This document shows, piece by piece, positions 49,195-59,922 of a stretch of DNA of 64,000 nt. The notes under the pieces are model-generated. The model ran no database searches, was not told where the DNA came from, and saw only the letters and a program-made list of their open reading frames with translations. Origin of the DNA: an uncultured Maribacter sp. (GTDB lineage: Bacteria > Bacteroidota > Bacteroidia > Flavobacteriales > Flavobacteriaceae); assembly GCF_947500405.1 (NCBI RefSeq), contig NZ_CANMRY010000013.1:98-64097 (forward strand), in the 5' to 3' direction. Both the position numbers and the translations under genes were made by a program. Within the stretch, counting starts at the first letter, position 1. Every line of letters starts with the position of its first letter.

Positions 49195-51033
49195 CTAATC
49201 CATCATAGCATCTATCATATTAATAAAGTAGACAAAGCTATTTTTATGTCCTTCTGATGGAATTTCCCATATAAGTTCTCCTTTCATAGAGTTTCCTTTT
49301 ATCTTCTGAAAATTAAACTTTATATCTTCTGTATTAGAGGTTAAGAAATCTACTTTATTACGTAATTCTCTAGGGAAAGATTCTACAGGAATCTGGGCTA
49401 TAATTTTCTTACCGTTTACAAAAATACTAGAAGCATTTTTAGTAATGTTCTTTTTATGCGCACCAGAAAGTTTAGAAACAAACCTTCCGCTTTGTATTGC
49501 ACTCATATCTTTTAAAGAGCTTCCAAGAAATACAGTATTATCCTTATACATTACATAGATATTAAATGGAGTAGATTTTGGTAAGTCTATTAATTGATAC
49601 ACACCATTATTGGCTTCTAATTGTTTTTCTTTAACTCCTATTCTTACCAGTCTATTAAATATTTCTTGCTCTTCTGATGTAAACATGAACATAAAATCTG
49701 GAATAGTTTCGGTTTTAGTTTTTTCTACTTCTTTGTAATTAAAATCTTCATCATACTCATAGTCTGTATAGGTTACTTGCTTTTCTGTTAGGTTTGTAAG
49801 TGCTAAAAACATATCTCCTCTAAGTATTTTAGATGCTCCTTCTTCATCTATTAATAACGAAAATACTTTAGCTCCTAAAGCTACCGACTCACTTATTGTT
49901 TCTCCAGAACCGGTATCAAACAAACTAGAGGCCAAGTTTGGGTACGCTTTAAGAACACCTTCTGTACTAAGGTTTAAAGACATATAGCCTAACATATTAT
50001 CTTCATTAATATATTTGACAAAGTTTTTATTAATCTTCCCATTATACATAGGTTTATACAGCTCTGCCATTTCATCATTCATGGTATATTCCGTTTTTAT
50101 AACCGCTTCATTTTCATTAAAATTTAACTTTGCCACTAAAGATAAACCCCCATATAATTTATCTATATTCATAAAATTATATGGATTAAAAGAGTTCCCT
50201 AACATATAACTAGGTATTGCTTGCTCATATATTGTGGCAAAATCGTTTACCCAAACACTAACTTCTTCTTTTCCTTTACCTAAACTTTTAAGATAGCTTT
50301 TGTTGCTTAGTATGCTTTTATTTGCATAAGTGCCTGTTATTATTTTCTTTGCTTTATCTAAAACTTCTTGTGAAAATTCTTTTTCTCTTTCTTCTCTTTT
50401 TTCTTGTCTTTCTATACGCTTTTTTTCTCTCTCTTCTTGTTCTTTTTTATAAGCATCACTATTATAATAATTTTCTTCTGTTGTATCTACAGCTTCCTCT
50501 ACAACAGCTTCTACTGCAACTTCAGATTGGTAATTATTATAATAACTATAAGACTCTTCCTTTACTTTATTGTCTGATGAAGTAACAAACATTAAAACAT
50601 CTTCATTCCACATAGTAATCTCATCTCCTCTATAATTTTGAATGTAAGATAAATTACCTTCTGTTATGGTTCTTTTTATTTTACTATTTCTTAATAAACC
50701 AGTAAAAGCTTTTCCATCCTTTAAAGGAATAAGAAAACAGTTGGTGTAAACACCATCATTCATTTCAAAAAAGTAATGAAATGTATTATTATAATCTAAT
50801 CCTAAGTCTTCCAGAGTTTCTAGTTTCCCCTTGCTTTCATCCATTAATTCCTTCTCTAAAAAAGAACCAAACTTTGAGTTAGAAAACTCTTCTAAACTCA
50901 TTAATTGTAAAACATTTTTTCCTTTTATAGAAACTACTGCCGAAGCCGTAGAAGGAACTTTTGTTATTAAGTCTTGCGCACTAAGCGTAATAGTTATAAA
51001 TAAGGCAGAGACAGCTATTATAATTTTTTTCAT
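49195..51033 (-). CDS. Hypothetical secreted protein with internal E/K/R-rich low-complexity segment
   Basis: 612 aa. Signal peptide (MKKIIIAVSALFITITLSAQ) and a KKEQEEREKKRIERQEKREEREKE tract. Confidence 0.6.
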   Translation of the reverse strand: MKKIIIAVSALFITITLSAQDLITKVPSTASAVVSIKGKNVLQLMSLEEFSNSKFGSFLEKELMDESKGKLETLEDLGLDYNNTFHYFFEMNDGVYTNCFLIPLKDGKAFTGLLRNSKIKRTITEGNLSYIQNYRGDEITMWNEDVLMFVTSSDNKVKEESYSYYNNYQSEVAVEAVVEEAVDTTEENYYNSDAYKKEQEEREKKRIERQEKREEREKEFSQEVLDKAKKIITGTYANKSILSNKSYLKSLGKGKEEVSVWVNDFATIYEQAIPSYMLGNSFNPYNFMNIDKLYGGLSLVAKLNFNENEAVIKTEYTMNDEMAELYKPMYNGKINKNFVKYINEDNMLGYMSLNLSTEGVLKAYPNLASSLFDTGSGETISESVALGAKVFSLLIDEEGASKILRGDMFLALTNLTEKQVTYTDYEYDEDFNYKEVEKTKTETIPDFMFMFTSEEQEIFNRLVRIGVKEKQLEANNGVYQLIDLPKSTPFNIYVMYKDNTVFLGSSLKDMSAIQSGRFVSKLSGAHKKNITKNASSIFVNGKKIIAQIPVESFPRELRNKVDFLTSNTEDIKFNFQKIKGNSMKGELIWEIPSEGHKNSFVYFINMIDAMMD

Positions 51034-51042
51034 CTAAAAATA

Positions 51043-51729
51043 TTAATTTATTAATTGGATTTTATTTTCAACATTTTTTTCTCCTAATATTAGAGAAAGA
51101 GCATCTATTTTTAAAAAAACAGCTCCTTTATTTGGTGCTATTTTAGCATCTACATTAGAAACACTTTTTACTTTATCTTGAAACCTGTATATGCAAGTAT
51201 AACTAGCATCATTAAAAACCTTACGGTCTTCACTTTTTAAGGTGTTAAAGGATTTTTTTATGGCATTATCATAAGTAAAATACCTATTAAAAACATTTTC
51301 TGATGGGTTATAAGATACATTGGTAGTAGTAAAATTGGTATAATTATTTTTATTCTGCTTTTTTATAAGCTCTTTAAAAATGGCATTTACATTATCTACA
51401 TTCTTAAAATCACAGGAAATAGTAAAAACATAATTATCAAAATCTTTTGTTTTTTTTATGTTTGATATTCCTGGTGTTTTCTCTAAATGATACAAAGCAT
51501 CTTTAAAAGATTCATCTATCTCATCTTCCGAAGGAATTTTATACCCATTTATGCTGTCTAAAAGCATTAGAGAAGCTAGTTTGGTTTTGCTCTTACTCAT
51601 ATTTAGAGTTACCATAATAGTACCGCTACCGTCCTTATTTAGCTTTATTTCCTCTAAAATTTCGAAACAGCTAGTGCATAAAGAAATACAAACAAATAAA
51701 CTGAAGTAAATAAATGTTTTTTTAATCAT
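51043..51729 (-). CDS. Hypothetical lipoprotein
   Basis: 228 aa. Signal plus Cys-rich lipobox region (FVCISLCTSC). Confidence 0.6.
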   Translation of the reverse strand: MIKKTFIYFSLFVCISLCTSCFEILEEIKLNKDGSGTIMVTLNMSKSKTKLASLMLLDSINGYKIPSEDEIDESFKDALYHLEKTPGISNIKKTKDFDNYVFTISCDFKNVDNVNAIFKELIKKQNKNNYTNFTTTNVSYNPSENVFNRYFTYDNAIKKSFNTLKSEDRKVFNDASYTCIYRFQDKVKSVSNVDAKIAPNKGAVFLKIDALSLILGEKNVENKIQLIN

Positions 51730-51806
51730 ATTAGTTGCGTTATTATAGTAATAAGTAACACTAATTTTAGTTATAAATTGTATTTGTGCTTTTAAACTTT
51801 CTCTTC

Positions 51807-52148
51807 CTAAAATGGATGGCTATTTTTCCCCATTGGGACTAAAATTTCTTGTAACTTATTTACAACCTCATTTTCCATTGCTTTTTGTTTCTCCTTTTTA
51901 GCATAAATGTAAATTCCTATTGGAAAAGAAACTATTAAGAATAAAATTAACATATCGTAATTTGTTTGGGTTTTTATCTTTCCTTTAGTACCGTTAACAT
52001 TAAGTTTTACATTGCCTGTTAGTGTAAAACCACTAGTTCTTACCTGTAAGGTTCCTAATGAATTTTGTATTTTATACTGCGGAAAATTTTCCTTTAAAGA
52101 AGTAATTAATTGTGCTTTTTCAAAGGTTTTAAAATTTAGTTGTTGCAT
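51807..52148 (-). CDS. Hypothetical single-TM protein
   Basis: 113 aa with a TM helix near the C-terminus (MLILFLIVSFPIGIYIYA). First gene after the promoter. Confidence 0.5.
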   Translation of the reverse strand: MQQLNFKTFEKAQLITSLKENFPQYKIQNSLGTLQVRTSGFTLTGNVKLNVNGTKGKIKTQTNYDMLILFLIVSFPIGIYIYAKKEKQKAMENEVVNKLQEILVPMGKNSHPF

Positions 52149-52184
52149 TTTTTAATAGTTTTAAGTTTCCTTATTTCTTAGGAC

Positions 52185-52212
52185 AAAACTAAATTTTAAA
52201 TAATGGGCCAAA
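52185..52212 (-). promoter_or_regulatory. Candidate promoter of the four-gene envelope operon
   Basis: Minus strand TTTG (52209-52212), 16 nt, TAGTTTTG (52185-52192), 37 nt upstream of ATG 52148. Confidence 0.4.
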
Positions 52213-52254
52213 CAGGCCGTAAAATACTAAAAACACATCCCTGAAAAAGGGGTA

Positions 52255-52288
52255 TATAAAAAAACCCTAATTTTCATTAGGGTTTTTT
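52255..52288 (-). terminator. Intrinsic terminator of the fabH-accB-accC unit
   Basis: AACCCTAAT-TTTC-ATTAGGGTT flanked by A- and T-runs, immediately after the accC stop. Confidence 0.85.
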
Positions 52289-52289
52289 C

Positions 52290-53639
52290 TTATTTCTCTA
52301 TTGGATTCATTTCAAAATCGTCCATAAATGCTGTAGTGTAATTACCAGCCAAATAATCTGGATGATCCATTAACTGCCTGTGAAACGGAATAGTAGTTTT
52401 TATTCCTTCAATAACAAACTCATCTAAAGCTCTTTTCATTTTATTAATTGCCTCTTCACGTGTTTGCGCGGTAGTAATTAATTTAGCAATCATAGAATCA
52501 TAGTTTGGCGGTATAGTATACCCACTATATACGTGTGTATCCATACGTACACCATGGCCTCCTGGAATATGTAATGTAGTAATTTTACCTGGAGAAGGTC
52601 TAAACCCATTATAAGGATCCTCTGCATTTATTCTACATTCTATGGAGTGTAATTTTGGTAAATAATTTTTACCAGAAATTGGCACACCACCAGCAACTAA
52701 TATTTGCTCTCTAATTAAATCGTAATCTATTACTTGTTCTGTAATTGGGTGCTCTACTTGAATACGAGTATTCATTTCCATAAAATAGAACTTTCTATGC
52801 TTGTCTACCAAAAACTCAATAGTACCTGCTCCTTCATATTTTATATATTCTGCAGCCTTTACCGCTGCTTTACCCATAGCATCTCTAAGCTTATCTGTCA
52901 TAAACGGAGATGGTGTTTCTTCCGTTAATTTTTGATGTCTTCTTTGTACAGAACAATCTCTTTCTGATAAGTGACATGCTTTACCGTATTGGTCACCAAC
53001 TATCTGAATTTCTATATGTCTTGGTTCTTCAATAAGCTTTTCCATATACATACCTCCGTTACCAAAGGCTGCAGTAGCTTCTTGTACCGCACTTTCAAAA
53101 AGGTCTGGCATTTCTTCTGCACTCCAAACGGCACGCATTCCTTTTCCGCCTCCACCGGCTGTAGCTTTTATCATAACAGGATACCCCATTTTTTCAGCTA
53201 TTTCTAAGGCATCATCCACATCTTTTAAAAGTCCGTCTGAACCAGGAACTGTAGGTACCCCTGCTTCCTTCATGGTTAATTTAGCGCTAGCTTTATCCCC
53301 CATACGGTCTATATGTTCCCCAGATGCTCCAATAAATTTTATATCGTGTTCTGCACAGATTTTAGAAAATTTAGAATTTTCTGATAAAAATCCGTACCCT
53401 GGGTGTATTGCGTCTGCATTTGTAATTTCTGCTGCGGCAATAATATTTGGAATTTTTAAATAAGACTCACTACTTGGAGCTGGTCCTATACAAACGGCCT
53501 CATCTGCAAATCTTACATGCAAACTTTCTTCATCTGCTTTGGAATAAACAGCTACTGTTTTTATTCCCATTTCTTTACAGGTTCTAATAACACGTAGTGC
53601 TATTTCCCCTCTGTTGGCAATTAGTATTTTTTTAAACAT
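52290..53639 (-). CDS. accC: Acetyl-CoA carboxylase, biotin carboxylase subunit
   Basis: 449 aa. [26 protein letters not shown] and ATP-grasp motifs. Confidence 0.97.
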   Translation of the reverse strand: MFKKILIANRGEIALRVIRTCKEMGIKTVAVYSKADEESLHVRFADEAVCIGPAPSSESYLKIPNIIAAAEITNADAIHPGYGFLSENSKFSKICAEHDIKFIGASGEHIDRMGDKASAKLTMKEAGVPTVPGSDGLLKDVDDALEIAEKMGYPVMIKATAGGGGKGMRAVWSAEEMPDLFESAVQEATAAFGNGGMYMEKLIEEPRHIEIQIVGDQYGKACHLSERDCSVQRRHQKLTEETPSPFMTDKLRDAMGKAAVKAAEYIKYEGAGTIEFLVDKHRKFYFMEMNTRIQVEHPITEQVIDYDLIREQILVAGGVPISGKNYLPKLHSIECRINAEDPYNGFRPSPGKITTLHIPGGHGVRMDTHVYSGYTIPPNYDSMIAKLITTAQTREEAINKMKRALDEFVIEGIKTTIPFHRQLMDHPDYLAGNYTTAFMDDFEMNPIEK

Positions 53640-53711
53640 CTTCTTTAAATTTTAAATATTAATTCTAATAGGTACTACTACTAAAAAAGTAGTATTTGCT
53701 ACTTAAAATTA

Positions 53712-54200
53712 TTAAGATGGGTCTACTAGGAATAATGGTTGGTCAAATTCTACTGGAGAAGAATCGTCCACTAATATTTTTACGATTTTACCAGAAACTT
53801 CAGACTCAATATCATTAAACAATTTCATTGCTTCTATAACACAAAGTACATCTCCTTCTGCAATGGTGCTTCCTACCTCAACAAAAGATGGTTTATCTGG
53901 AGATGGTTTTCTATAAAATGTACCTATTATTGGAGACTTAACTGTAATATATTTAGAATCGTCTTCTGCAGCAGGAGTAGCTGGCGCTGCAGGTGTATCT
54001 GCTACTGGAGCTGCTGCTGCAGGTGCTGGTGCCATTGCTTGTTGTGCAACAGGTATTTGCTGTACATATGTTGTTTCTGGTGCTGCATTTAATGCCCCAG
54101 TTCTAATAGTAATTTTTAAATCATCTGTTTCTAGTTTTACTTCACTAGCTCCAGACTTTGCCACAAATTTAATTAGGCTTTGAATTTCTTTAACATCCAT
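53712..54200 (-). CDS. accB: Acetyl-CoA carboxylase, biotin carboxyl carrier protein
   Basis: Ala/Pro-rich linker and biotinyl-Lys motif VIEAMKLFN. Confidence 0.95.
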   Translation of the reverse strand: MDVKEIQSLIKFVAKSGASEVKLETDDLKITIRTGALNAAPETTYVQQIPVAQQAMAPAPAAAAPVADTPAAPATPAAEDDSKYITVKSPIIGTFYRKPSPDKPSFVEVGSTIAEGDVLCVIEAMKLFNDIESEVSGKIVKILVDDSSPVEFDQPLFLVDPS

Positions 54201-54238
54201 AATAAAAATACATTAAGTTGGTTATTTTCTTTAATAAT

Positions 54239-55231
54239 TTAGTAGGCCCATTTTAAATAAATAGAACCCCAAGTAAAGCCCCCTCCAAAAGCGGCAAATA
54301 CAAGATTATCTCCTTTTTTTAGTTGTTTTTCGTAATCCCATAATAGCAGTGGTAGTGTTCCAGAAGTAGTGTTTCCATACTTTTGAATATTCATCATTAC
54401 CTTACTTTCATCTAATCCCATTCTATTAGATGTTGCGTCTATAATTCTTTTGTTAGCTTGGTGTGGCACTAACCAGTCTACATCTTTATCACTTAAGTTA
54501 TTACGCTTCATGATTTCTGCAGCTGCATCTGCCATATTAGATACTGCAAATTTAAATACAGTTCTTCCTTCTTGAAAAATATAGTGCTTTCTGTTTTTTA
54601 CAGATTCTATAGTTGCTGGCATTAAAGATCCGCCACCTTCCATTCCTAAAAACTGTCTTCCTGTCCCATCTGATCTTAAATACTCATCTTGTAGACCAAA
54701 ACCTTCGTTGTTTGGTTCCATAAGTACTGCTCCAGCTCCGTCTCCAAAAATAATACAAGTAGTTCTATCTTCGTAATCCAAAATAGAGGACATTTTATCT
54801 GCTCCAATAAGTAATACTTTTTTATACCTGCCAGATTCAATATAACTAGCTACTGTAGACAAGCCAAAAAGAAAGCTAGAACATGCTGCTAGTAAATCAT
54901 AAGCAAAAGCATTACTTGCTCCTATTTCTGAAGCAACAAAGGCTGCTGTTGAAGCAACCATATTATCTGGAGTTGCAGTTGCTACAACTACTAAATCTAT
55001 TTCTTTTGGATTTACACTTTTCTTAGCAATTAAATCTTCCGCTGCTTTTATTGCTAGATAAGAAGTACCCTCTCCTTCATCCTCTTTAAGAATTCTTCTT
55101 TCTTTAATACCAGTTCTAGTGGTAATCCACTCATCATTGGTATCTACAATTTCTTCCAACATTTTGTTGGTTAAAATATGCTTAGGGACATAGCCCCCAA
55201 CAGCAGTAATAGCTGCAGTAAGTTTATTCAT
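54239..55231 (-). CDS. fabH: Beta-ketoacyl-ACP synthase III
   Basis: 330 aa. Active-site Cys context (LLAACSSFLFGL), plus HQAN and GNTSSGT motifs. Confidence 0.95.
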   Translation of the reverse strand: MNKLTAAITAVGGYVPKHILTNKMLEEIVDTNDEWITTRTGIKERRILKEDEGEGTSYLAIKAAEDLIAKKSVNPKEIDLVVVATATPDNMVASTAAFVASEIGASNAFAYDLLAACSSFLFGLSTVASYIESGRYKKVLLIGADKMSSILDYEDRTTCIIFGDGAGAVLMEPNNEGFGLQDEYLRSDGTGRQFLGMEGGGSLMPATIESVKNRKHYIFQEGRTVFKFAVSNMADAAAEIMKRNNLSDKDVDWLVPHQANKRIIDATSNRMGLDESKVMMNIQKYGNTTSGTLPLLLWDYEKQLKKGDNLVFAAFGGGFTWGSIYLKWAY

Positions 55232-55411
55232 GTAGTAGTTGCTTTTGGGTAAAAAACTTCAAAAATGAATCAAAATCGTCGAAAAATAGTAATTTTTTGC
55301 GACTTTTTGATGAAAAACTGTCAATTTTTAACTTTTTTCTAAAAAAGAATCCCTAGTCAGGGATTTTAAATTTTAGTACAAAATAAAAGAATTTTATACC
55401 AAAAATGAAAT

Positions 55412-55447
55412 AAAAAAAACTCTCGTCATTATAACAATGAGAGAGTT
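55412..55447 (-). terminator. Intrinsic terminator after rpmF
   Basis: AACTCTCGTCATT / AATGAGAGAGTT stem with one bulge, flanked by A- and T-runs. Confidence 0.7.
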
Positions 55448-55467
55448 TTTTAAATATGTCTTCCTAT

Positions 55468-55665
55468 TTAAGCTTCCGCTTCTACTGTTTTGTCAACTAA
55501 AACTTGACCTCTATAGTATAGTTTTCCTTCGTGCCAGTGTGCTCTATGGTATAAATGCATTTCACCAGTTGCTGAATCTGTTGCCAAAGTAGGAGCTACA
55601 GCTTTGTAATGTGTTCTTCTTTTGTCTCTCCTTGTTTTGGAAATTTTTCTCTTTGGATGTGCCAT
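55468..55665 (-). CDS. rpmF: 50S ribosomal protein L32
   Basis: [20 protein letters not shown]-terminus. Confidence 0.95.
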   Translation of the reverse strand: MAHPKRKISKTRRDKRRTHYKAVAPTLATDSATGEMHLYHRAHWHEGKLYYRGQVLVDKTVEAEA

Positions 55666-55671
55666 TAGTAC

Positions 55672-56208
55672 TTATTTATCCGTTAATAGTTTTTTTAATT
55701 CGTCCCATCTGGGATCACTTTCTTCTTTATTTTCTTTTTCGTCTTTTGCTTTAGGCTGAAGCTCTTCTAATTTATCCAAAGCTTCCGATTTTAATGTGCC
55801 ATCTGCTATTCCAGGGTGCACTCTTTTTTGAGGCACTGCTAAAACAAGCATTTCATAAACGTACTGAGCAATATTCACTTCATATTCCCCATGAGGTAAT
55901 ATTAAAATTTCATCGTCTTCATTATTAAATGCTTCTCCAAACTTAACTATTAATTGTATATCAGAATCTACTGATTGATTATAAGGTTCGTTTGTAGTAT
56001 CGCAGTTAACATTTACGCTACCTGATGCTATAAAATCAAGCTCCATCATAGTGCTCGTTTTATTTAATAGTACAGTTAAATTAACATCTGCACTATTAAA
56101 TTCATCATATTCAAAAGATTCAAAGAACTCGTTTTTAATTACGTACTTAAACTCATGTTTCCCTTGCTTCAATCCTGAGAAAGGAATAGTAAACTCCTTT
56201 TGCTTCAT
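55672..56208 (-). CDS. yceD: YceD/DUF177-family protein
   Basis: 178 aa, acidic. Conserved position directly upstream of rpmF. Confidence 0.75.
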   Translation of the reverse strand: MKQKEFTIPFSGLKQGKHEFKYVIKNEFFESFEYDEFNSADVNLTVLLNKTSTMMELDFIASGSVNVNCDTTNEPYNQSVDSDIQLIVKFGEAFNNEDDEILILPHGEYEVNIAQYVYEMLVLAVPQKRVHPGIADGTLKSEALDKLEELQPKAKDEKENKEESDPRWDELKKLLTDK

Positions 56209-56336
56209 CGTATAAACACTTAAATTTTAGAACGCCCACCCAATTATAGGGGGGTGCAAAGATACTATTATTTTAATAATACCCAATTTTTACTCATTAA
56301 AATTAAACAATAAATCATTGTGTTTTAATACAATAC

Positions 56337-57387
56337 TTATTTTCTAGTAATTTTTTGCTTTTTTAATGGGTTTGCTGTTAGCTCTAAATACTCTTCTCTA
56401 TTTCTAAAAATATGTATTGCAGAAAATACTGCTTCTTTAAAAGAGCTATGGTCTGCCTTACCTTTTCCTGCTATTTCATAGGCAGTTCCGTGATCCGGAG
56501 AGGTTCTTACTTTGCTTAAACCTGCAGTATAATTTACCCCTTTTCCAAAAGATAAAGTTTTAAAAGGAATTAACCCTTGATCATGATAAGCCGCTAAAAT
56601 AGCATCGAACTTTTTATACCCATCTGACCCAAAAAAACTATCTGCAGCATAAGGACCGTAAACTAAATGCCCTTTATTAGCCAATTCTTTAATAACTGGC
56701 TTCAAAATTTTATCATCTTCTATACCTATTACACCATTATCTCCGCTATGCGGATTTATTCCTAAAAGTGCAATCTTAGGCTTTGTAATTCCAAAGTCCA
56801 TCTTTAAAGAATTCTCTATTACCTCAATCTTATCATTAATTAGTTTAGTAGTAATTGCAGCAGATACATCTTTAACGGCAACATGATCTGTTAAAAGACC
56901 AACTTTTAAATCATCGGTTACCATAAACATTAAACTCTGCCCATTTAATTCCTTAGCCAAATAATCTGTATGTCCTGGAAAATTAAATTCTTTACTTTGT
57001 ATGTTATTCTTATTAATAGGAGCAGTTACCAAAACATCTATCTTGCCTTGTTTTAATGCTTCTACAGCCTTTTGTAGGGATTTAATAGCAAAACTACCTC
57101 CTTCTGGTGTTGCTTCTCCAAAATTTAACTTTGGAGTTTCTTTCCAAACATTTACTACATTAAATTTACCATCTAAAGCTTTAGATGCATCTGGTACACC
57201 ATTATAATTAATTGGTATTTTTAAATGATTTTTTTGTTGTGATATTGTTTTGTTTGATGCAAAAACAATTGGGGTACAAAAATCTAGCATTCTAGAATCT
57301 GCAAAAGTTTTTAAAACAACTTCACAACCTATACCGTTTAAGTCTCCTATAGATATACCTAATTTAATTTTCGCTTTTTCCTGCATT
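56337..57387 (-). CDS. pdxA: 4-hydroxythreonine-4-phosphate dehydrogenase
   Basis: GDLNGIGCEV and GHTDYLA motifs. Start moved to ATG 57387 (MQEKAKIKLGIS) because the ribE -7 box lies in the ORF-track extension. Confidence 0.9.
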
Positions 57388-57444
57388 ATATCTTTACCTT
57401 TGTATCTAAATATTTTGCGCAAAATTACTTAAATAAAACGACAC

Positions 57445-58035
57445 ATGTTTACAGGAATAATTGAAACACTTGGACAAATTACTAATTTAGAGAAAGAAGG
57501 AAGTAATTTGCATATTACAGTTACATCTAACATTACTTCCGAATTAAAAATTGATCAGAGTGTTGCTCATAATGGTGTGTGTTTAACTGTTGTTACTATA
57601 AAAGACAAAGAATATACTGTTACAGCTATAGAGGAAACTTTAAAAAAAACAAGTTTAAATAACCTAACTGTTGGAGAAAAAGTAAACCTAGAACGTGCCA
57701 TGATTTTAGGTTCAAGGTTAGATGGTCATATAGTTCAAGGGCATGTAGACCAAACTGGTATATGTACTTCTATTTCCGAAAAAGATGGTAGTTGGTTTTT
57801 TTCTTTTGAATATGATGCTACTTTAAACAACCCAACTATAGAAAAAGGTTCTATTACTATTGATGGCACAAGTTTAACCGTAGTAAATTCTGGTAAAAAC
57901 ACCTTTAGTGTAGCTATTATTCCTTATACGTATGAACATACCCGTTTTGGTTCCTATAAAGTAGGAACTGTAGTTAACTTAGAATTTGATGTTATTGGTA
58001 AATATGTTTCTAAATTAATGGCAAACAGAGGGTAA
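57445..58035 (+). CDS. ribE: Riboflavin synthase
   Basis: MFTGIIE N-terminus and an internal duplication (VNLE...GHIVQGHVD). A -7 box TACCTTTG lies at 57396-57403. Confidence 0.95.
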   Translation: MFTGIIETLGQITNLEKEGSNLHITVTSNITSELKIDQSVAHNGVCLTVVTIKDKEYTVTAIEETLKKTSLNNLTVGEKVNLERAMILGSRLDGHIVQGHVDQTGICTSISEKDGSWFFSFEYDATLNNPTIEKGSITIDGTSLTVVNSGKNTFSVAIIPYTYEHTRFGSYKVGTVVNLEFDVIGKYVSKLMANRG

Positions 58036-59847
58036 TTACAAAATATCTTCTTTAAGAGCTTTCCATAATTTTATAAGCACTAAGGCAGAAATCATTGCAA
58101 TACCCGTTAAGGTTAGCGCCAACGTTGTTTTGCCATATATCCAATATCCTGTAGCAAACATACATGTATAAATAAGTATACAACCCGCAATCATTGCATA
58201 TATACCTTTAGGTACGCTCCACTTTTCATCTTTGTTTTTAATAGATATATTGTTTTCTGATGCTTTAACTTCTACACTCTTCCAACCTGGACCGCCTGGT
58301 TGTATTTTTTTATAAAAATTTTGTAAAACTTCTGGAGATTCTGGTTGTGTCATAAAAGTAGCTACCAGCCATATAACGGTGGTTACTAATACCACAAATG
58401 GATACTCCATCCAATCTGGGAAAACACCTGTTTCTACAGCAAAAAAGAAATCACCAATAGGGGTAAATTTTAAAATAATAGCTATTAAACCCGAAGCAAA
58501 CATTGCGGTAATTTCGCTCCAAGCATTTATACGCCACCAAAACCATCGTAAAATAAATATAAGTCCAGTACCTGCTCCAAAGGTTAAAAGAACATCAAAA
58601 AGTTGTAGTGCATTTTGTAATAGTAATGCTAAGCCTGCACTTAATACCATTAAAAAAACTGTTGATAATCTACCAATAGCTACTAACTTTTTTTCTGATG
58701 CATTTGGATTAATTTGTTGTTTATAAAAATCGAAAACAATATAGGAAGAACCCCAATTTAATTGTGTAGAGATTGTACTCATATATGCAGCAATTAAAGA
58801 GGCTAACACTAGTCCTAAAAGTCCGCTTGGAAGTTTAGTAAGCATTGCAGAGTACGCTAAATCATGCCCTAATTTGTCCTCAGAAACAGTAGGAAAAGCT
58901 TCTTGTATACTAGTAATATCTGGAAAAACAACTAAAGATGCTAATGCCACCAAAATCCATGGCCAAGGTCTTAAAGCATAATGCATAATATTAAAAAAGA
59001 AGGTTGCGCCAATGGCATGGTTTTCATCTTTTGCAGCTAACATTCTTTGGGCTATGTACCCACCACCACCAGGCTCTGAACCAGGATACCATGAGCTCCA
59101 CCACTGTACTGCTAAAGGAATAATAAATAATGTTATAAGTGCTTTTTTATTACTAAAGTCTGGTAAAATAGATAGTTTATCACTAACATTTTCATTAGCC
59201 ATTAAGGCTTTTATACCACCAACTTCTGGAATATTTACAAGGAAATACGCAGCGCCAATAGATCCTGCCATTGCTACAAAGAATAACAAAAAATCAGTAT
59301 AAACAACACCTTTAAATCCGCCTAAAGCACTAAAAATAACGGTTATTACTCCCCCGCAAATAACGGTTTGCCAGGGTTCTAAACCAAGCATTATGCTACC
59401 AATTTTTATAGCTGCAAGTGTTACTCCTGCCATAGTAATTACATTAAAGAAAACTCCTAGATAAACTGCTCTAAATTTTCTTAAAAAACTAGCAGGATTG
59501 CCTCCATAACGTAATTCATAAAACTCTAAATCTGTTTTTACATTAGATTTTCTCCATAATTTAGCATATACAAATACGGTTAATAATCCTGTAATTAAAA
59601 ATGCCCACCATACCCAATTACCAGAAACACCATTTGTTCTAACAATATCTGTAACCAAATTAGGGGTGTCTGTCGAAAAAGTAGTTGCTACCATGGAAAG
59701 ACCCAAAAGCCACCAAGGCATTGTTCTTCCAGATAAAAAAAACTCCGATGAGTCCTTTCCAGATTTCTTAGAAACAAAAAAACCTACCCCTAAAACAATT
59801 AAAAAAAAACCAATTATAAGCGTATAATCTAATGCACTTAAAGTCAT
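58036..59847 (-). CDS. Sodium:solute symporter family transporter
   Basis: 603 aa, about 14 TM helices. SSS N-terminus (SEFFLSGRTMPWWLLGLSMVAT). Confidence 0.88.
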   Translation of the reverse strand: MTLSALDYTLIIGFFLIVLGVGFFVSKKSGKDSSEFFLSGRTMPWWLLGLSMVATTFSTDTPNLVTDIVRTNGVSGNWVWWAFLITGLLTVFVYAKLWRKSNVKTDLEFYELRYGGNPASFLRKFRAVYLGVFFNVITMAGVTLAAIKIGSIMLGLEPWQTVICGGVITVIFSALGGFKGVVYTDFLLFFVAMAGSIGAAYFLVNIPEVGGIKALMANENVSDKLSILPDFSNKKALITLFIIPLAVQWWSSWYPGSEPGGGGYIAQRMLAAKDENHAIGATFFFNIMHYALRPWPWILVALASLVVFPDITSIQEAFPTVSEDKLGHDLAYSAMLTKLPSGLLGLVLASLIAAYMSTISTQLNWGSSYIVFDFYKQQINPNASEKKLVAIGRLSTVFLMVLSAGLALLLQNALQLFDVLLTFGAGTGLIFILRWFWWRINAWSEITAMFASGLIAIILKFTPIGDFFFAVETGVFPDWMEYPFVVLVTTVIWLVATFMTQPESPEVLQNFYKKIQPGGPGWKSVEVKASENNISIKNKDEKWSVPKGIYAMIAGCILIYTCMFATGYWIYGKTTLALTLTGIAMISALVLIKLWKALKEDIL

Positions 59848-59922
59848 ATAGTATTCTTGATTGGTATTAAAGGTATTACATTTTTATATATACTTTTACG
59901 TAATCTTATATAATTACATAAT

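Noticed and set aside
50374-50445. Low-complexity CT-rich DNA and the antisense Leu-rich ORF 50322-50585
   Set aside because: It is the antisense shadow of an E/K/R-rich coiled-coil-like segment within the 612-aa ORF, not an independent gene or repeat element.
53961-54062. Locally GC-rich GCTGC/GGTGC repeats in an otherwise AT-rich region
   Set aside because: They encode the Ala/Pro-rich flexible linker normal for biotin carboxyl carrier protein (AccB).
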